Shown in pieces: positions 53,724-63,190 of a stretch of 64,000 nt of DNA. Position 1 is the first letter of the stretch; each line of letters opens with the position of its first letter. The DNA is from Verrucomicrobiales bacterium. Its GTDB lineage: Bacteria; Verrucomicrobiota; Verrucomicrobiia; Limisphaerales; UBA9464. Under the pieces are notes generated by a model. That model had not been told where the DNA came from. It saw nothing but the letters and a program-made list of their open reading frames with translations, and searched no databases. The position numbers and the translations under genes were made by a program. The stretch is taken from contig JAIYBC010000055.1 in NCBI GenBank assembly GCA_027488845.1, positions 43,191 to 107,190 of the forward strand, in the 5' to 3' direction.

Positions 53724-54581
53724 TCAGGCGGCGAGGGCTGCGGTCCGCCCGCGCGGCGACGGCGAGAAGTGGAGGAAGCTGTCGAGCAGCAGCTGGACGC
53801 CGAAGTTGTTCACGCCGGATCCGAAGAACACCGGGGTGAGCTTGCCGGCGAGGACCGCGGAATGGTCGAACTCCGCGCCCGCCATCTCGACCATCTCAAT
53901 CTGCTCGCGGACGGTCGCATAGGTCTGGTCGTCGAGCTTCGAGCGGACGAGGGGATCGTCGAGGCCGGTCACGTTCACCGGTGCGCGGTACATGCCGCCG
54001 ACCACCCGTTCGAAGAGGTGCACCCGCTTTTCCGCCCGGTCGTAGATGCCGCGGAAGTCGGTGCCGCTGCCGAGGGGCCAGTTCATCGCGCAGGAGCGGA
54101 TGCCCAGCACGGCCTCGAGTTCGTCCATGAGCCGGATCGGATCCTGGGCGGGCCGGTCGAGCTTGTTCATGAAGGTGAAGATCGGGACGCCACGGCGGGC
54201 GCAGACCTCGAACAGCTTCCGCGTCTGCGATTCCACGCCCTTGCCGGCGTCGATCACCATGATCACCGAGTCCACCGCGGTCAGCACCCGGTAGGTGTCC
54301 TCGGAGAAGTCCTTGTGACCCGGGGTGTCGAGCAGGTTGATCCGGTAGCCGAGGTACTCGAACTGCAGCACGGTCGAACTGATCGAGATGCCGCGCTTCT
54401 TCTCCAGCTCCATCCAGTCGGAGGTGGTCGCACGCTGGTTCTTGCGGGCGGTCACCGATCCCGCGAGCTGCACCGCGCCGCCGTAGAGCAGGAGCTTCTC
54501 GGTCAGCGTGGTCTTGCCCGCGTCGGGATGGGAGATGATGGCAAACGTCCGCCGTCGCCGGATTTCTTCCTGCAAAGTCAC
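53724..54581 (-). pseudogene. prfC: Peptide chain release factor 3, truncated after the GTPase domain (285 codons, against roughly 530 expected)
   Basis: RRTFAIISHPDAGKTTLTEKLLL, DTPGHKDFSEDTYR and NKLD align colinearly with E. coli RF3 up to ...FFGSGVNNFGVQLLLDSFLHFSPSP. The frame then stops. None of the three downstream frames continues RF3 domains II-IV. Confidence 0.75.
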
Positions 54582-54675
54582 GAGGCGGGCAGCCTAGTCC
54601 GGCCCACGGGGGAGGGGAATTCCCAAAAGGCCTTGGGTCGGGTCGGCGTGCGGCCAGCCTGGCGGGTACGGACCA

Positions 54676-55983
54676 TCAGCCGTTGTCCGGTCGCCCTTCG
54701 TTCCGCAGGTAGACGGTCTGGGTGGGGAAGGCGAACTCGAGACCGGCTTCGTCGAAGCGTTGTTTCACCTGGAGATTCAGATTCTCCAAGGCCTCGGTGA
54801 AGACCTTCCAGTCGGTTGTGCCCACCAGGAGAATCACCTCGATGTTCAGGCTGGAAGCGTCATACCGGTTGAAGGTGACGAAGACGTCCTTGGTCAATGG
54901 GTGCCCGCCGAAGATCCCGCGGAGCAGCGCGGTCGCGGACTTCATGCGGTCGGCGGTGGTGCCGTAGGTCAGCCCGTAGTTGAGGACCGTCCGGATGAAC
55001 GGGCGGGCCGAAATGTTGATGACCGTGTTGTTGCCCACGGACTTGTTGGGGACGGTGATGAGGTGTCCGTCGAGGTTGCGGACCCGCGTGGCCCTCAGGC
55101 CCATCTCCTCGACCGTTCCGTCCACGCCGGCGAGCTGGATCCGGTCGCCGACCTTGAACGGCTTGTCGACGAAGACCGCGACGGTGCCGAAGAGGTTGGA
55201 CACGGTGTCCTGCGCCGCGAGGCCGAGCGCGAGGCCGAGCACGGACACGGATCCGAGCAGGGCCGTGATGTTCACGCCCACGTTGCTCAGGAGCGTCAGC
55301 ACCGCGACGGTGACGAGGACCGCCTTGGTCAGCTTGCCGACGAGCAGGAGGAACTGGTCGTTGAAGGCCTTGTCGCCGGACGGACGGGGCTGTTCCCGCC
55401 AGAAGCCGATGACGAAGTCGATGACCCTGAGGCAGACCACGATCAGGGCGACGGCCAGTGCGATGAGGGCCAGCTTGGAGAGCGCCCCTTCCAGCCATTC
55501 GGGCCAGTCGAAGACCTGGAGCCCGATGTGGAAGAGCACGACGAAGGTCACCATCTTCACGGGGCCGTCCGCGAGGGCGACGAGCACGTCGTCCCAACGG
55601 GTCGGCGTCTTCTCGGCCCAGGCCTTGAGGCGGCCCTTGATCAGCCAGTCGAGGCACCGGGAGGCGTAGAAGGCGAGGAGGATGTAGATCAGCGACGCCA
55701 GGTATTCCCACCTGGGAACCCCCATGAGCGGCGGCTGCAGGACCGAGACTCCGTCGAGTCCGAAGGACAGCTCGGAGCGGTGGGTCTCGATGAAGTCGCG
55801 GCTGACCAGCTGCTGGGCGAGTTCCGTGGCCTGGGTCGCGGCCCGGACGACGTTGGTGCCCGCGACCGGCGCGGCCGGTGCGTCGGCGGCGAGGGCTCCC
55901 GACCAGATGCACCAGACCAGCAGCGAGGCGAACCCGGCGGTCCAGGCGAACAGGGCGTGTTGGGGACGAATGCGAAGTCTCAT
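54676..55983 (-). CDS. Mechanosensitive ion channel (MscS family)
   Basis: The pore helix and beta domain are LLGSVSVLGLALGLAAQDTVSNLFGTVAVFVDKPFKVGDRIQLAGVDGTVEEMGLRATRVRNLDGHLITVPN. Confidence 0.85.
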   Translation of the reverse strand: MRLRIRPQHALFAWTAGFASLLVWCIWSGALAADAPAAPVAGTNVVRAATQATELAQQLVSRDFIETHRSELSFGLDGVSVLQPPLMGVPRWEYLASLIYILLAFYASRCLDWLIKGRLKAWAEKTPTRWDDVLVALADGPVKMVTFVVLFHIGLQVFDWPEWLEGALSKLALIALAVALIVVCLRVIDFVIGFWREQPRPSGDKAFNDQFLLLVGKLTKAVLVTVAVLTLLSNVGVNITALLGSVSVLGLALGLAAQDTVSNLFGTVAVFVDKPFKVGDRIQLAGVDGTVEEMGLRATRVRNLDGHLITVPNKSVGNNTVINISARPFIRTVLNYGLTYGTTADRMKSATALLRGIFGGHPLTKDVFVTFNRYDASSLNIEVILLVGTTDWKVFTEALENLNLQVKQRFDEAGLEFAFPTQTVYLRNEGRPDNG

Positions 55984-56057
55984 CGGCGGTCGGGGAATAA
56001 GTCAGGAAGGGCCGCGGGCGCAAGGGCTCGATGGCCGGAGGTGGTCCATCGAACAGC

Positions 56058-59000
56058 TCAATGGGCGGCCAGGGCCGCACCGTCCCATCCGCCTCCCAGC
56101 GCCTTCACCAACTGCACGGTCGCGACGCGGCGTTGGCCTTGGATCCGCGCGCTCTCCCGTCGGACGGCCAGCGCGGTGCGGTCGGCGTCGATGACCTCCA
56201 GTTGGCTCGAGGCCCCCGCGTCGTGGCGTGCCCGGGCCAGTTCCACGGCACGTCCCGCGGCCTTGTCCGCGGCCTCGGCCGCGACGGCCTGGTCCTGGAG
56301 GGATTTCAGGCCGGACAGGTTCTCCTGCACCTCGGCGAAGGCGACGAGGACCTGTTGGCGGTAGGCGCTGACCGCCTCGTCGTAGCCGGCCCGCGCTCGG
56401 GCGAGGTCGCTCCGGTTCCGGCCGCCCTGGAAGAGCGGCAGCGTGAGGGTCGGTCCGATCGCCCACGTCCGGCTGTCCCACTTGAAGAGGGTGTCCATGT
56501 CGGCGCTCAGCACCCCACCCGAGCCGGTCAGGCGGAGGGAAGGGAAGAAGGACGCCTTGGCGATTCCGATGCGGCTGTTCGCCGCGGCAAGCCGCCGCTC
56601 GGCGCGGGCGACGTCGGGGCGTCGCTCGAGCAGGTCCGAGGGCAGGCCTGCGGGAACGGCCGGAACCTCCGGGTGGTAGTGGCCCGTGTCCGCGATGTGG
56701 AATCCCGGCGCCGGCACGCCGACCAGGACCGCGATGGCGGTTTCCAGCGAAGCGCGCGAGCGGTCGAGTCCGGCCAATTCCACCTCCGCGGAGGCCCGTT
56801 CCGTCTCCGCCCGCGCCAGGTCGAGCTCCGTGGCGGAACCGGCGTCGAGCCGTGACCGGACGATGGCCAGGGCCTCGGTGCGCAGGCGGAGCGTGTCGCG
56901 GACGATCCCCCGCTGGTTGTCGGTGCTGCGCAGGGTGAAGTAGGTCTGGGCGAGTTCCGACTGCACGGAGAGCAGCACGTTGGCGAAGTCCGCCACCCCC
57001 GCCTGCGCCTCCGACCGGGCTCCCTCGAAGGAGCGGCGGACGCGTCCCCAGAGGTCGATCTCGTAGCTGAGGTCCACGGGCACGCGCAGGGTGTTGAACG
57101 ACGGCGAGCCGAAGTTGGGGAACTGGTTCGGCGAAAGCCGTTCGCGCCGCCAGGAGGGATCGAAGCTCAACGCCGGGAAGAACTCGCTGCGGGCGAGCCG
57201 GGCGTAGGCGCGGGCCTGGTCGATGCGCGCCAGCGCCCCGAGGACCTGCTGGTTGTTGGTGTTGGCGGCCGCCATGAGGCGGTCCAGCTCGGCATCGGCG
57301 AACAGCGTCCACCAGGCGCCCTTGGGCAGCGTGTCTTTCGGTTCGCCCGCCTTCCAGGAGCCCGTGTTCTCGAAGGCGGCTGGAACGGAGTTGGTCGGAC
57401 GCCGGTAATCGGGTCCGACGGTGAGCGAGCCGGCCTCGGCGCGGTCGGGGAAACCGGCAAGCAGCAGGGCCAGGGTCGTCGCGGCGGCGACGGCCTTGGC
57501 AGCGGGACCGACCGCTGCCGATTTGCGTTGGAGCCGGGCGGTCATCTTCATGATCACCACGTAGAAGACCGGCGTCAGGAAGAGCCCGAAGAAGGTCACG
57601 CCGATCATGCCGGCGAACACGGCCACGCCCATCGCCTGGCGCATCTCCGATCCGGCACCGGTGGAGACCACCAGCGGATAGACGCCGGCGATGAAGGCGA
57701 TGGAGGTCATCAGGATCGGGCGCAGGCGGAGCTTGCAGGCCTCGAGCGCGGCCTCGACCGGTCCGAGTCCCTCGTGCTGCTTCTCGCGGGCGAACTCGAC
57801 GATCAGGATCGCGTTCTTGCAGGCGAGTCCCACGAGAACGATCAGGCCGATCTGGGTGAAGATGTTGTTGTCCGAACCCTTGAGCAGCACGCCGACCATG
57901 GCGCTGAGCAGGGTCATCGGGACGATGAGGATGATCGCCAGGGGAAGGCTGAGGCTTTCGTACTGCGCGGCGAGGACGAGGAACACGAGCAGGATGCAGA
58001 GCGGGAAGATGTAGGCCGCGGTGTTGCCGGCGATCCGCTGCTGGTAGGTGAGCTCGGTCCATTCGTAGGCCATGCCCGGGGGCAGGGACTTGCGGACGAG
58101 GTCCTCGATGAACCGTTCGGCCTGGCCGGAGCTGTATCCCGGTGCCGGCGCGCCGTTGATCTCGGCGGCGGGGTAGCCGTTGTAGCGCATGACCCGGTCG
58201 GGACCGAACGAGTCGCGGACCTTCACCAGCGTGCCGAGCGGGACCATCCGGCCCTGTTCGTTGCGGACGCGCAGGCGGCTGATGTCGTCGGCTCCGTCGC
58301 GGAACGGGGCGTCCGCCTGGGCCACGACCTGGAAGGTGCGGCCGAAGCGGTTGAAGTCGTTCACGTACAGCGAGCCGAGGTAGATCTGCATCGTCTCGAA
58401 CAGCGACCCGAGCGGCACGCCGAGCGACTTGGCCTTCACGCGGTCCACGTCGAGGTCGATCTGGGGGACGTTGATCTGGTAGGTGGAATAGACGCCCTGG
58501 AGGACGTTGGTCTGGTAGGCTTGGCCGATGGCGCCCCAGGTCGCTCCGAAGAGCGCCTCGGGTCCGAGGTTGGCGCGGTCCTCGACGAACAGCTTGAAGC
58601 CGCCGCCGGTGCTGAGGCCGTTCACGGCCGGCGCGCCGATCACGATCATCCGCGCCTCCTGGATCTCGGCGAGGGCCTGGTAGAGCTTGCCGATGATGGC
58701 GTCGGCGCTCTTGTCGGGCGTCGTGCGCTTCTCGAAGTCCTCGAGCGTGATGAACGCGATGCCGGAGTTGGGGCTGGCGGTGAAGCCGTTGGGCGAGAGG
58801 CCTGGGAAGGCCACCGAGGCGGCCACGCCGGGAACCTTCAGCGCGAGGTCGCTCATGCGGCGGATCACGGCGTCGGTGCGGTCGAGCGACGCGGCGTCGG
58901 GCAGCTGGGCCACGCAGATGAGGAACTGCTTGTCCTGGTTCGGTATGAAGCCCGCGGGAACCGCCTGGAAGACGCGTCCGGTGAGGACGACGAGACCGGC

Positions 59001-60659
59001 GTAGACGAAGAGGGCCACGGCGCTGACGCGGATGACGCGGGCGACGGCGGCCGAATAGCGGCGCGAGGCCCAGTCGAAGAAGCGGTTGAACGGACGGAAG
59101 AACCAGCCGAACACGGCGTCGAGCACGCGCGTGGGGGCGTCCTTCGGGGCGTGGTGGTCGCGGAGCAGCAGCGCGGACAGCGCGGGGGAGAGCGTCAGGG
59201 AGTTGAAGGCCGAGATCACCGTCGAGATGGCGATGGTGATGGCGAACTGCTTGTAGAACATGCCGCTGAGGCCGGAGATGAAGGCGGTCGGGATGAACAC
59301 CGCGCAGAGCACCAGGGCCGTCGCCACGATCGGACCGGTCACCTCGTTCATCGCCTTCCGCGTGGCGTCCACGGGCGAGAGGCCGAGGGCGATGTTCCGC
59401 TCGACGTTCTCCACCACCACGATGGCGTCGTCGACGACGATGCCGATGGCCAGCACCAGGCCGAAGAGCGAGAGCGCGTTGATCGTGAACCCGAGCCACG
59501 CCATCACCGCGAAGGTGCCGACCAGCGAGACCGGCACCGCCGCCAGCGGGATGATCGAGGCGCGCCAGGTCTGGAGGAACACCAGCACCACGACCACCAC
59601 CAGGGCGATCGCCTCGAACAGCGTGTGGATCACGGCGTCGATGGACTTGTCCACGAAGACCGTCGGATCGTAGACGACGGCGTAGTCCAGTCCGGCCGGG
59701 AAGTTGCGCTTGAGCGTCTCCATGGCCTCGCGGACGTCGCGGGAGAGCTTGAGGGCGTTGCTGCCGGGCTGCTGGAAGACGGGGATGGCGACGGCGGACC
59801 TGTTGTTGAGCAGCGAGCGCAGGGCGAACTCGCCGGCGCCGAGCTCGATGCGGGCGACGTCGCGCAGCTGCACGGTTTCGCCGTGGGCACCGCGCTTCAC
59901 GATGATGTCGCCGAACTCGGCCTCGGTCACGAGGCGGCCCCGGGTGTTGATCTGGAGTTCGAACGCGGCCGGGGAGGACACCGGCTGCTGGCCGATGGCG
60001 CCGGCGGCGACCTGCACGTTCTGTTCGCGGATCGCGTTCACCACGTCGCCCGGCGTGAGCCCCTTGGAGGCGACCTTGTCGGGATCGAGCCACACCCGCA
60101 TGGCGTAGTCGCCCGATCCGAAGATCTGCACCTGGCCGACGCCGTCGACGCGGGCCAGGACGTCCTTCACCTGGAGCGTGGCGTAGTTGCGGATGAAGAT
60201 GTCGTCGTAGGAGGCGTCGGGGGAGAACAGGTGCACCACCATGGTGAGGTCCGGCGTGGACTTGATGGTGAGCACGCCGAGGCGGCGGACCTCCTCGGGC
60301 AGCTTCGGCAAGGCCTGGGAGACGCGGTTTTGGACCAGCACCTGGGCCTGGTCGATGTCGGTGCCGAGCTTGAAGGTCACCGTGAGCGTCATCACGCCGT
60401 CGCTGGTGGCCTGGGAGAAGGTGTAGAGCGAGTTCTCGACGCCGTTGAGCTGCTGTTCCAGCGGGACGGCGACGGTCTCGGAGATGGTCTTCGGATTGGC
60501 GCCGGGATAGACGGCGCGGACGACGATCTGGGGCGGGACCACCTCGGGGTACTCGCTGATCGGCAGCCGGTACATCGAGATGAGGCCGACGATGAAGATC
60601 AGGATCGAGAGGACCCCGGCGAAGATGGGTCTCTTGATGAAGAAGTGGGAGAAGTTCAT
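56058..60659 (-). CDS. Multidrug (HAE1/AcrB-like) RND permease fused in frame to a NodT-type outer membrane factor
   Basis: Residues 1-1036 form a full RND permease, from [22 protein letters not shown] to ...[12 protein letters not shown]. Residues 1037-1533 form a full OMF: a signal-peptide-like stretch [34 protein letters not shown], then GPDYRRP and two OEP repeats. No stop or frameshift lies between them. Confidence 0.8.
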   Translation of the reverse strand: MNFSHFFIKRPIFAGVLSILIFIVGLISMYRLPISEYPEVVPPQIVVRAVYPGANPKTISETVAVPLEQQLNGVENSLYTFSQATSDGVMTLTVTFKLGTDIDQAQVLVQNRVSQALPKLPEEVRRLGVLTIKSTPDLTMVVHLFSPDASYDDIFIRNYATLQVKDVLARVDGVGQVQIFGSGDYAMRVWLDPDKVASKGLTPGDVVNAIREQNVQVAAGAIGQQPVSSPAAFELQINTRGRLVTEAEFGDIIVKRGAHGETVQLRDVARIELGAGEFALRSLLNNRSAVAIPVFQQPGSNALKLSRDVREAMETLKRNFPAGLDYAVVYDPTVFVDKSIDAVIHTLFEAIALVVVVVLVFLQTWRASIIPLAAVPVSLVGTFAVMAWLGFTINALSLFGLVLAIGIVVDDAIVVVENVERNIALGLSPVDATRKAMNEVTGPIVATALVLCAVFIPTAFISGLSGMFYKQFAITIAISTVISAFNSLTLSPALSALLLRDHHAPKDAPTRVLDAVFGWFFRPFNRFFDWASRRYSAAVARVIRVSAVALFVYAGLVVLTGRVFQAVPAGFIPNQDKQFLICVAQLPDAASLDRTDAVIRRMSDLALKVPGVAASVAFPGLSPNGFTASPNSGIAFITLEDFEKRTTPDKSADAIIGKLYQALAEIQEARMIVIGAPAVNGLSTGGGFKLFVEDRANLGPEALFGATWGAIGQAYQTNVLQGVYSTYQINVPQIDLDVDRVKAKSLGVPLGSLFETMQIYLGSLYVNDFNRFGRTFQVVAQADAPFRDGADDISRLRVRNEQGRMVPLGTLVKVRDSFGPDRVMRYNGYPAAEINGAPAPGYSSGQAERFIEDLVRKSLPPGMAYEWTELTYQQRIAGNTAAYIFPLCILLVFLVLAAQYESLSLPLAIILIVPMTLLSAMVGVLLKGSDNNIFTQIGLIVLVGLACKNAILIVEFAREKQHEGLGPVEAALEACKLRLRPILMTSIAFIAGVYPLVVSTGAGSEMRQAMGVAVFAGMIGVTFFGLFLTPVFYVVIMKMTARLQRKSAAVGPAAKAVAAATTLALLLAGFPDRAEAGSLTVGPDYRRPTNSVPAAFENTGSWKAGEPKDTLPKGAWWTLFADAELDRLMAAANTNNQQVLGALARIDQARAYARLARSEFFPALSFDPSWRRERLSPNQFPNFGSPSFNTLRVPVDLSYEIDLWGRVRRSFEGARSEAQAGVADFANVLLSVQSELAQTYFTLRSTDNQRGIVRDTLRLRTEALAIVRSRLDAGSATELDLARAETERASAEVELAGLDRSRASLETAIAVLVGVPAPGFHIADTGHYHPEVPAVPAGLPSDLLERRPDVARAERRLAAANSRIGIAKASFFPSLRLTGSGGVLSADMDTLFKWDSRTWAIGPTLTLPLFQGGRNRSDLARARAGYDEAVSAYRQQVLVAFAEVQENLSGLKSLQDQAVAAEAADKAAGRAVELARARHDAGASSQLEVIDADRTALAVRRESARIQGQRRVATVQLVKALGGGWDGAALAAH

Positions 60660-60686
60660 GGGGGACCGGGGCGGGACGGCCTGGGA

Positions 60687-61862
60687 TCAGCGGGCGGGGG
60701 AATTGGTGGCCTGGACCGGGGCGACCGGTTGGCCCGGGAACTGGATGCGGAGCTGGCCGTTCACCACCACCCGGTCGGTCGGGGTGAGCCCGGAGGCGAC
60801 GAGGCGCTTGCCGCCGGAGAGCGGGCCGGTCGTGACGAACTTCTTCTCCACCGTGTTGGAGGCCGAGACGGTGTAGAGGAACTTGCGGCTCTGTTCGGTT
60901 CCCAGGACGTCGTCGGGAACGAACAGCGCGGTGGTCTTCGGTCCGGAGGGAAGGCTGACGCGGGCGAACAGGCCGGGGACGAAACGCTGGTCCGGATTCG
61001 CCAGCACGGCGCGCAGCACGAGGCTTCCGGTCGAGGGATCCAGTCGGTTGTCGAGCGACTCCACCGTGCCCACGTGGGGATATCCGGTCTCGTCGGCCAG
61101 ACCGACCCCGACCTCGATCCGCCCCTTGGCGTCGACGGGCAGGACGCCGTCGCGCCGGAAACGGTTCAGGCGGAGCAACACCGACTCGTCAAGGTCGGCG
61201 TACACGTACACCGGGTCGACCGAGACCACGGTGGTCAACAGGGTGGTGGCGCCGTCCACGCCGGAGACGTTGTTTCCGGGCGTGACCAGCGCGCGGCTGA
61301 CGCGACCGTCGATCGGAGACCGGATCTCGGCGTACTCGACGTTGAGCCGGGCCGTCACCAGCGCGGCCTCGGCCACGGCGACGGAGGCCTTCGCCTCGGA
61401 CAGGCGCGTGCGACGCTGGTCGGCCTCCTCCACGGAGATGGCCTTGGTCTTCAGCATCTGCTCGGCGCGCGCGGCATCGCGGTCCGCCTGCGCGGCCCGG
61501 GTCTTCGCCGACTCCAGGTCGGCCTCGGCGCGTTGGAGGGCCGCCTGGAAGGGGCGCGGATCGATCACGAACAGGACGTCCCCCTTGCGAACCGTCTGAC
61601 CGGCTTGGAACCGCACCTCGGCGAGGAAGCCTGAGACGCGCGCCCGGATCTCCACCGAGTCCACGGCGTCGATTCGGCCCGTGAGGGTCTCGGTCGGGAT
61701 GTACTCCCGTGATTCCGGGGCCGCGACCGTGACCGTGGCCGGAGGTGCTGCGGTGGGGGCCGATGCGGCCCCGGCGCCTTCCTTCGAACAACCGGCAAGC
61801 CCGATCAGGGCGGCGGTGATGGCGGTGGTGAACGGGGTTGGCAGGGGCTTGGGACGGTTCAC
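60687..61862 (-). CDS. Efflux RND periplasmic adaptor (AcrA/MexA-like lipoprotein)
   Basis: The lipobox is LIGLAGCS. The lipoyl/hairpin/barrel layout includes [36 protein letters not shown]. Confidence 0.9.
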   Translation of the reverse strand: MNRPKPLPTPFTTAITAALIGLAGCSKEGAGAASAPTAAPPATVTVAAPESREYIPTETLTGRIDAVDSVEIRARVSGFLAEVRFQAGQTVRKGDVLFVIDPRPFQAALQRAEADLESAKTRAAQADRDAARAEQMLKTKAISVEEADQRRTRLSEAKASVAVAEAALVTARLNVEYAEIRSPIDGRVSRALVTPGNNVSGVDGATTLLTTVVSVDPVYVYADLDESVLLRLNRFRRDGVLPVDAKGRIEVGVGLADETGYPHVGTVESLDNRLDPSTGSLVLRAVLANPDQRFVPGLFARVSLPSGPKTTALFVPDDVLGTEQSRKFLYTVSASNTVEKKFVTTGPLSGGKRLVASGLTPTDRVVVNGQLRIQFPGQPVAPVQATNSPAR

Positions 61863-61899
61863 GGCGGAAATGATGGAAAGGGTTTCGTGAAAGGGGGCT

Positions 61900-62172
61900 T
61901 CAGGCGGCGAAGGCGGAGGAATCCGCCCCCAACAGTCGTTGTTGTCGCAGATGCCAACGGCGCAGGCGCAGCAGCGTCTCCTCGAACAGGGACGGGAAGA
62001 CCAACTCCGGCACCTCGGTGCTCCAGGCGAGGGCTTCCGCCTCGGCCCGTGCGTGCCGCACCAGATCCTCGGGCAGCCCCGACCTCAGGGCGGGATCGCC
62101 CAAGGGGTGCAGCGCAAACGCCCTCGGACGACGCGATGACGGCACTTTCGGAAGGGAACGGAACGGGACCAT
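61900..62172 (-). CDS. Small hypothetical protein between tetR and the adaptor gene
   Basis: The start was chosen at MVPFRS (62172) because the first 21 codons of ORF 61900..62235 are occupied by an operator-like palindrome. The C-terminal half reads RHARAEAEALAWSTEVPELVFPSLFEETLLRLRRW. Coding status is uncertain. Confidence 0.35.
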   Translation of the reverse strand: MVPFRSLPKVPSSRRPRAFALHPLGDPALRSGLPEDLVRHARAEAEALAWSTEVPELVFPSLFEETLLRLRRWHLRQQRLLGADSSAFAA

Positions 62173-62206
62173 GGACTGCAGGAGATTCGAGGTGGAGAAC
62201 GTTGTT

Positions 62207-62221
62207 AACTGACTGGTCAAC
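62207..62221. promoter_or_regulatory. Operator-like palindrome ACTGACTGGTCAA (putative TetR site in front of the efflux genes)
   Basis: The core TGACTGGTCA (62210-62219) is a near-perfect palindrome. It shares 12 of 13 positions with the site at 62918-62932. It lies 56 nt downstream of the tetR stop and upstream of the adaptor gene. Confidence 0.4.
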
Positions 62222-62276
62222 ATCCTATCACCCAAATTTGCTCCCGCAAGGGGGCGTTGGGTGAAAAGTTCGCAGC

Positions 62277-62882
62277 CTATCGGGACGGTGGAAGGATTCC
62301 GCCGAGGCGACGAACGGATTCCTCAAGTGGATCGAGGACCGCCAGATCGTTGCGGATGCGGGCCTGCTGCAGCATGCCGATGGTCAGTGCCTGAAGGCTG
62401 GAGGCGACCTGATGCGGGTCACCCTGCGCGGCCAATCCCGACGATTGGGCCTCCCGGACGGTGGATTCCAGGTAACGGAGGTCGCGCTGGAAGATGTCCT
62501 CGCAGACATGGCGTAGCCTCTCATCGATTCCAGCCATCTCCGTTCCGATGCTGGAAATCGGGCAACCACATATCCTTCCGTACTTTGCGGCGATTTCCTG
62601 TTGGTGTTTCCGGATCAGGCCGCACCAGTCCATGAGGCGCTGGACGGGAGTGCTTTGGAGGGAAAAGACCGCGTCGTACTGGAGCTTCCATTCCTGCCAT
62701 CCCGCCTCGTAGGCGGCGACCGCCAACTCGGACTTCGACGGGAAGAAGTGGTAGAAGCTGCCCTTGTTGACGCCGGCCCGTTCGCAGATCTGGTCCACGC
62801 TGACGCCCTCGAAGCTTTGGGTCCAAATGAGGTCCAATGCGGCGTCGAGCAGACGTTGTCGGGAATCGCTGGGGCGGGCCAT
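62277..62882 (-). CDS. TetR/AcrR-family transcriptional regulator
   Basis: The N-terminal HTH is RQRLLDAALDLIWTQSFEGVSVDQICERAGVNKGSFYHFFPSKSEL. Confidence 0.9.
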   Translation of the reverse strand: MARPSDSRQRLLDAALDLIWTQSFEGVSVDQICERAGVNKGSFYHFFPSKSELAVAAYEAGWQEWKLQYDAVFSLQSTPVQRLMDWCGLIRKHQQEIAAKYGRICGCPISSIGTEMAGIDERLRHVCEDIFQRDLRYLESTVREAQSSGLAAQGDPHQVASSLQALTIGMLQQARIRNDLAVLDPLEESVRRLGGILPPSR

Positions 62883-62917
62883 GGTGAGGAGGAACGGAGA
62901 AACAGATGCCTCGAATA

Positions 62918-62932
62918 TACTGACCGGTCAAA
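62918..62932. promoter_or_regulatory. Operator-like perfect palindrome ACTGACCGGTCAA (putative TetR autoregulatory site)
   Basis: TGACCGGTCA (62921-62930) is a perfect 10-bp palindrome. It sits in a locally AT-rich stretch (cgaatatactgaccggtcaaatcatttg) 39 nt upstream of the tetR ATG. Confidence 0.45.
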
Positions 62933-63190
62933 TCATTTGCCTCGAAGGGACAAGGCTGAGGGGACGGAGACGAATTGGCGAACTACTCGGTTGTTCACCC
63001 GACAGCCGCAGAAGGGATCGGAACTCAAAGCCCGAATGCCGCGATGTGTTCGGCGATGGGAATCCCTCGCCGGCCATTGGTAGCCATTTCAGCCCCGGAT
63101 CCAGCCCCTCCGGCGTCTTCGCGGATTTTCCTGAGGTCGGTCCTCTCCCACACCCAATTGATCCGGCCGGGACCTTGCTCCGCGGGTGGG

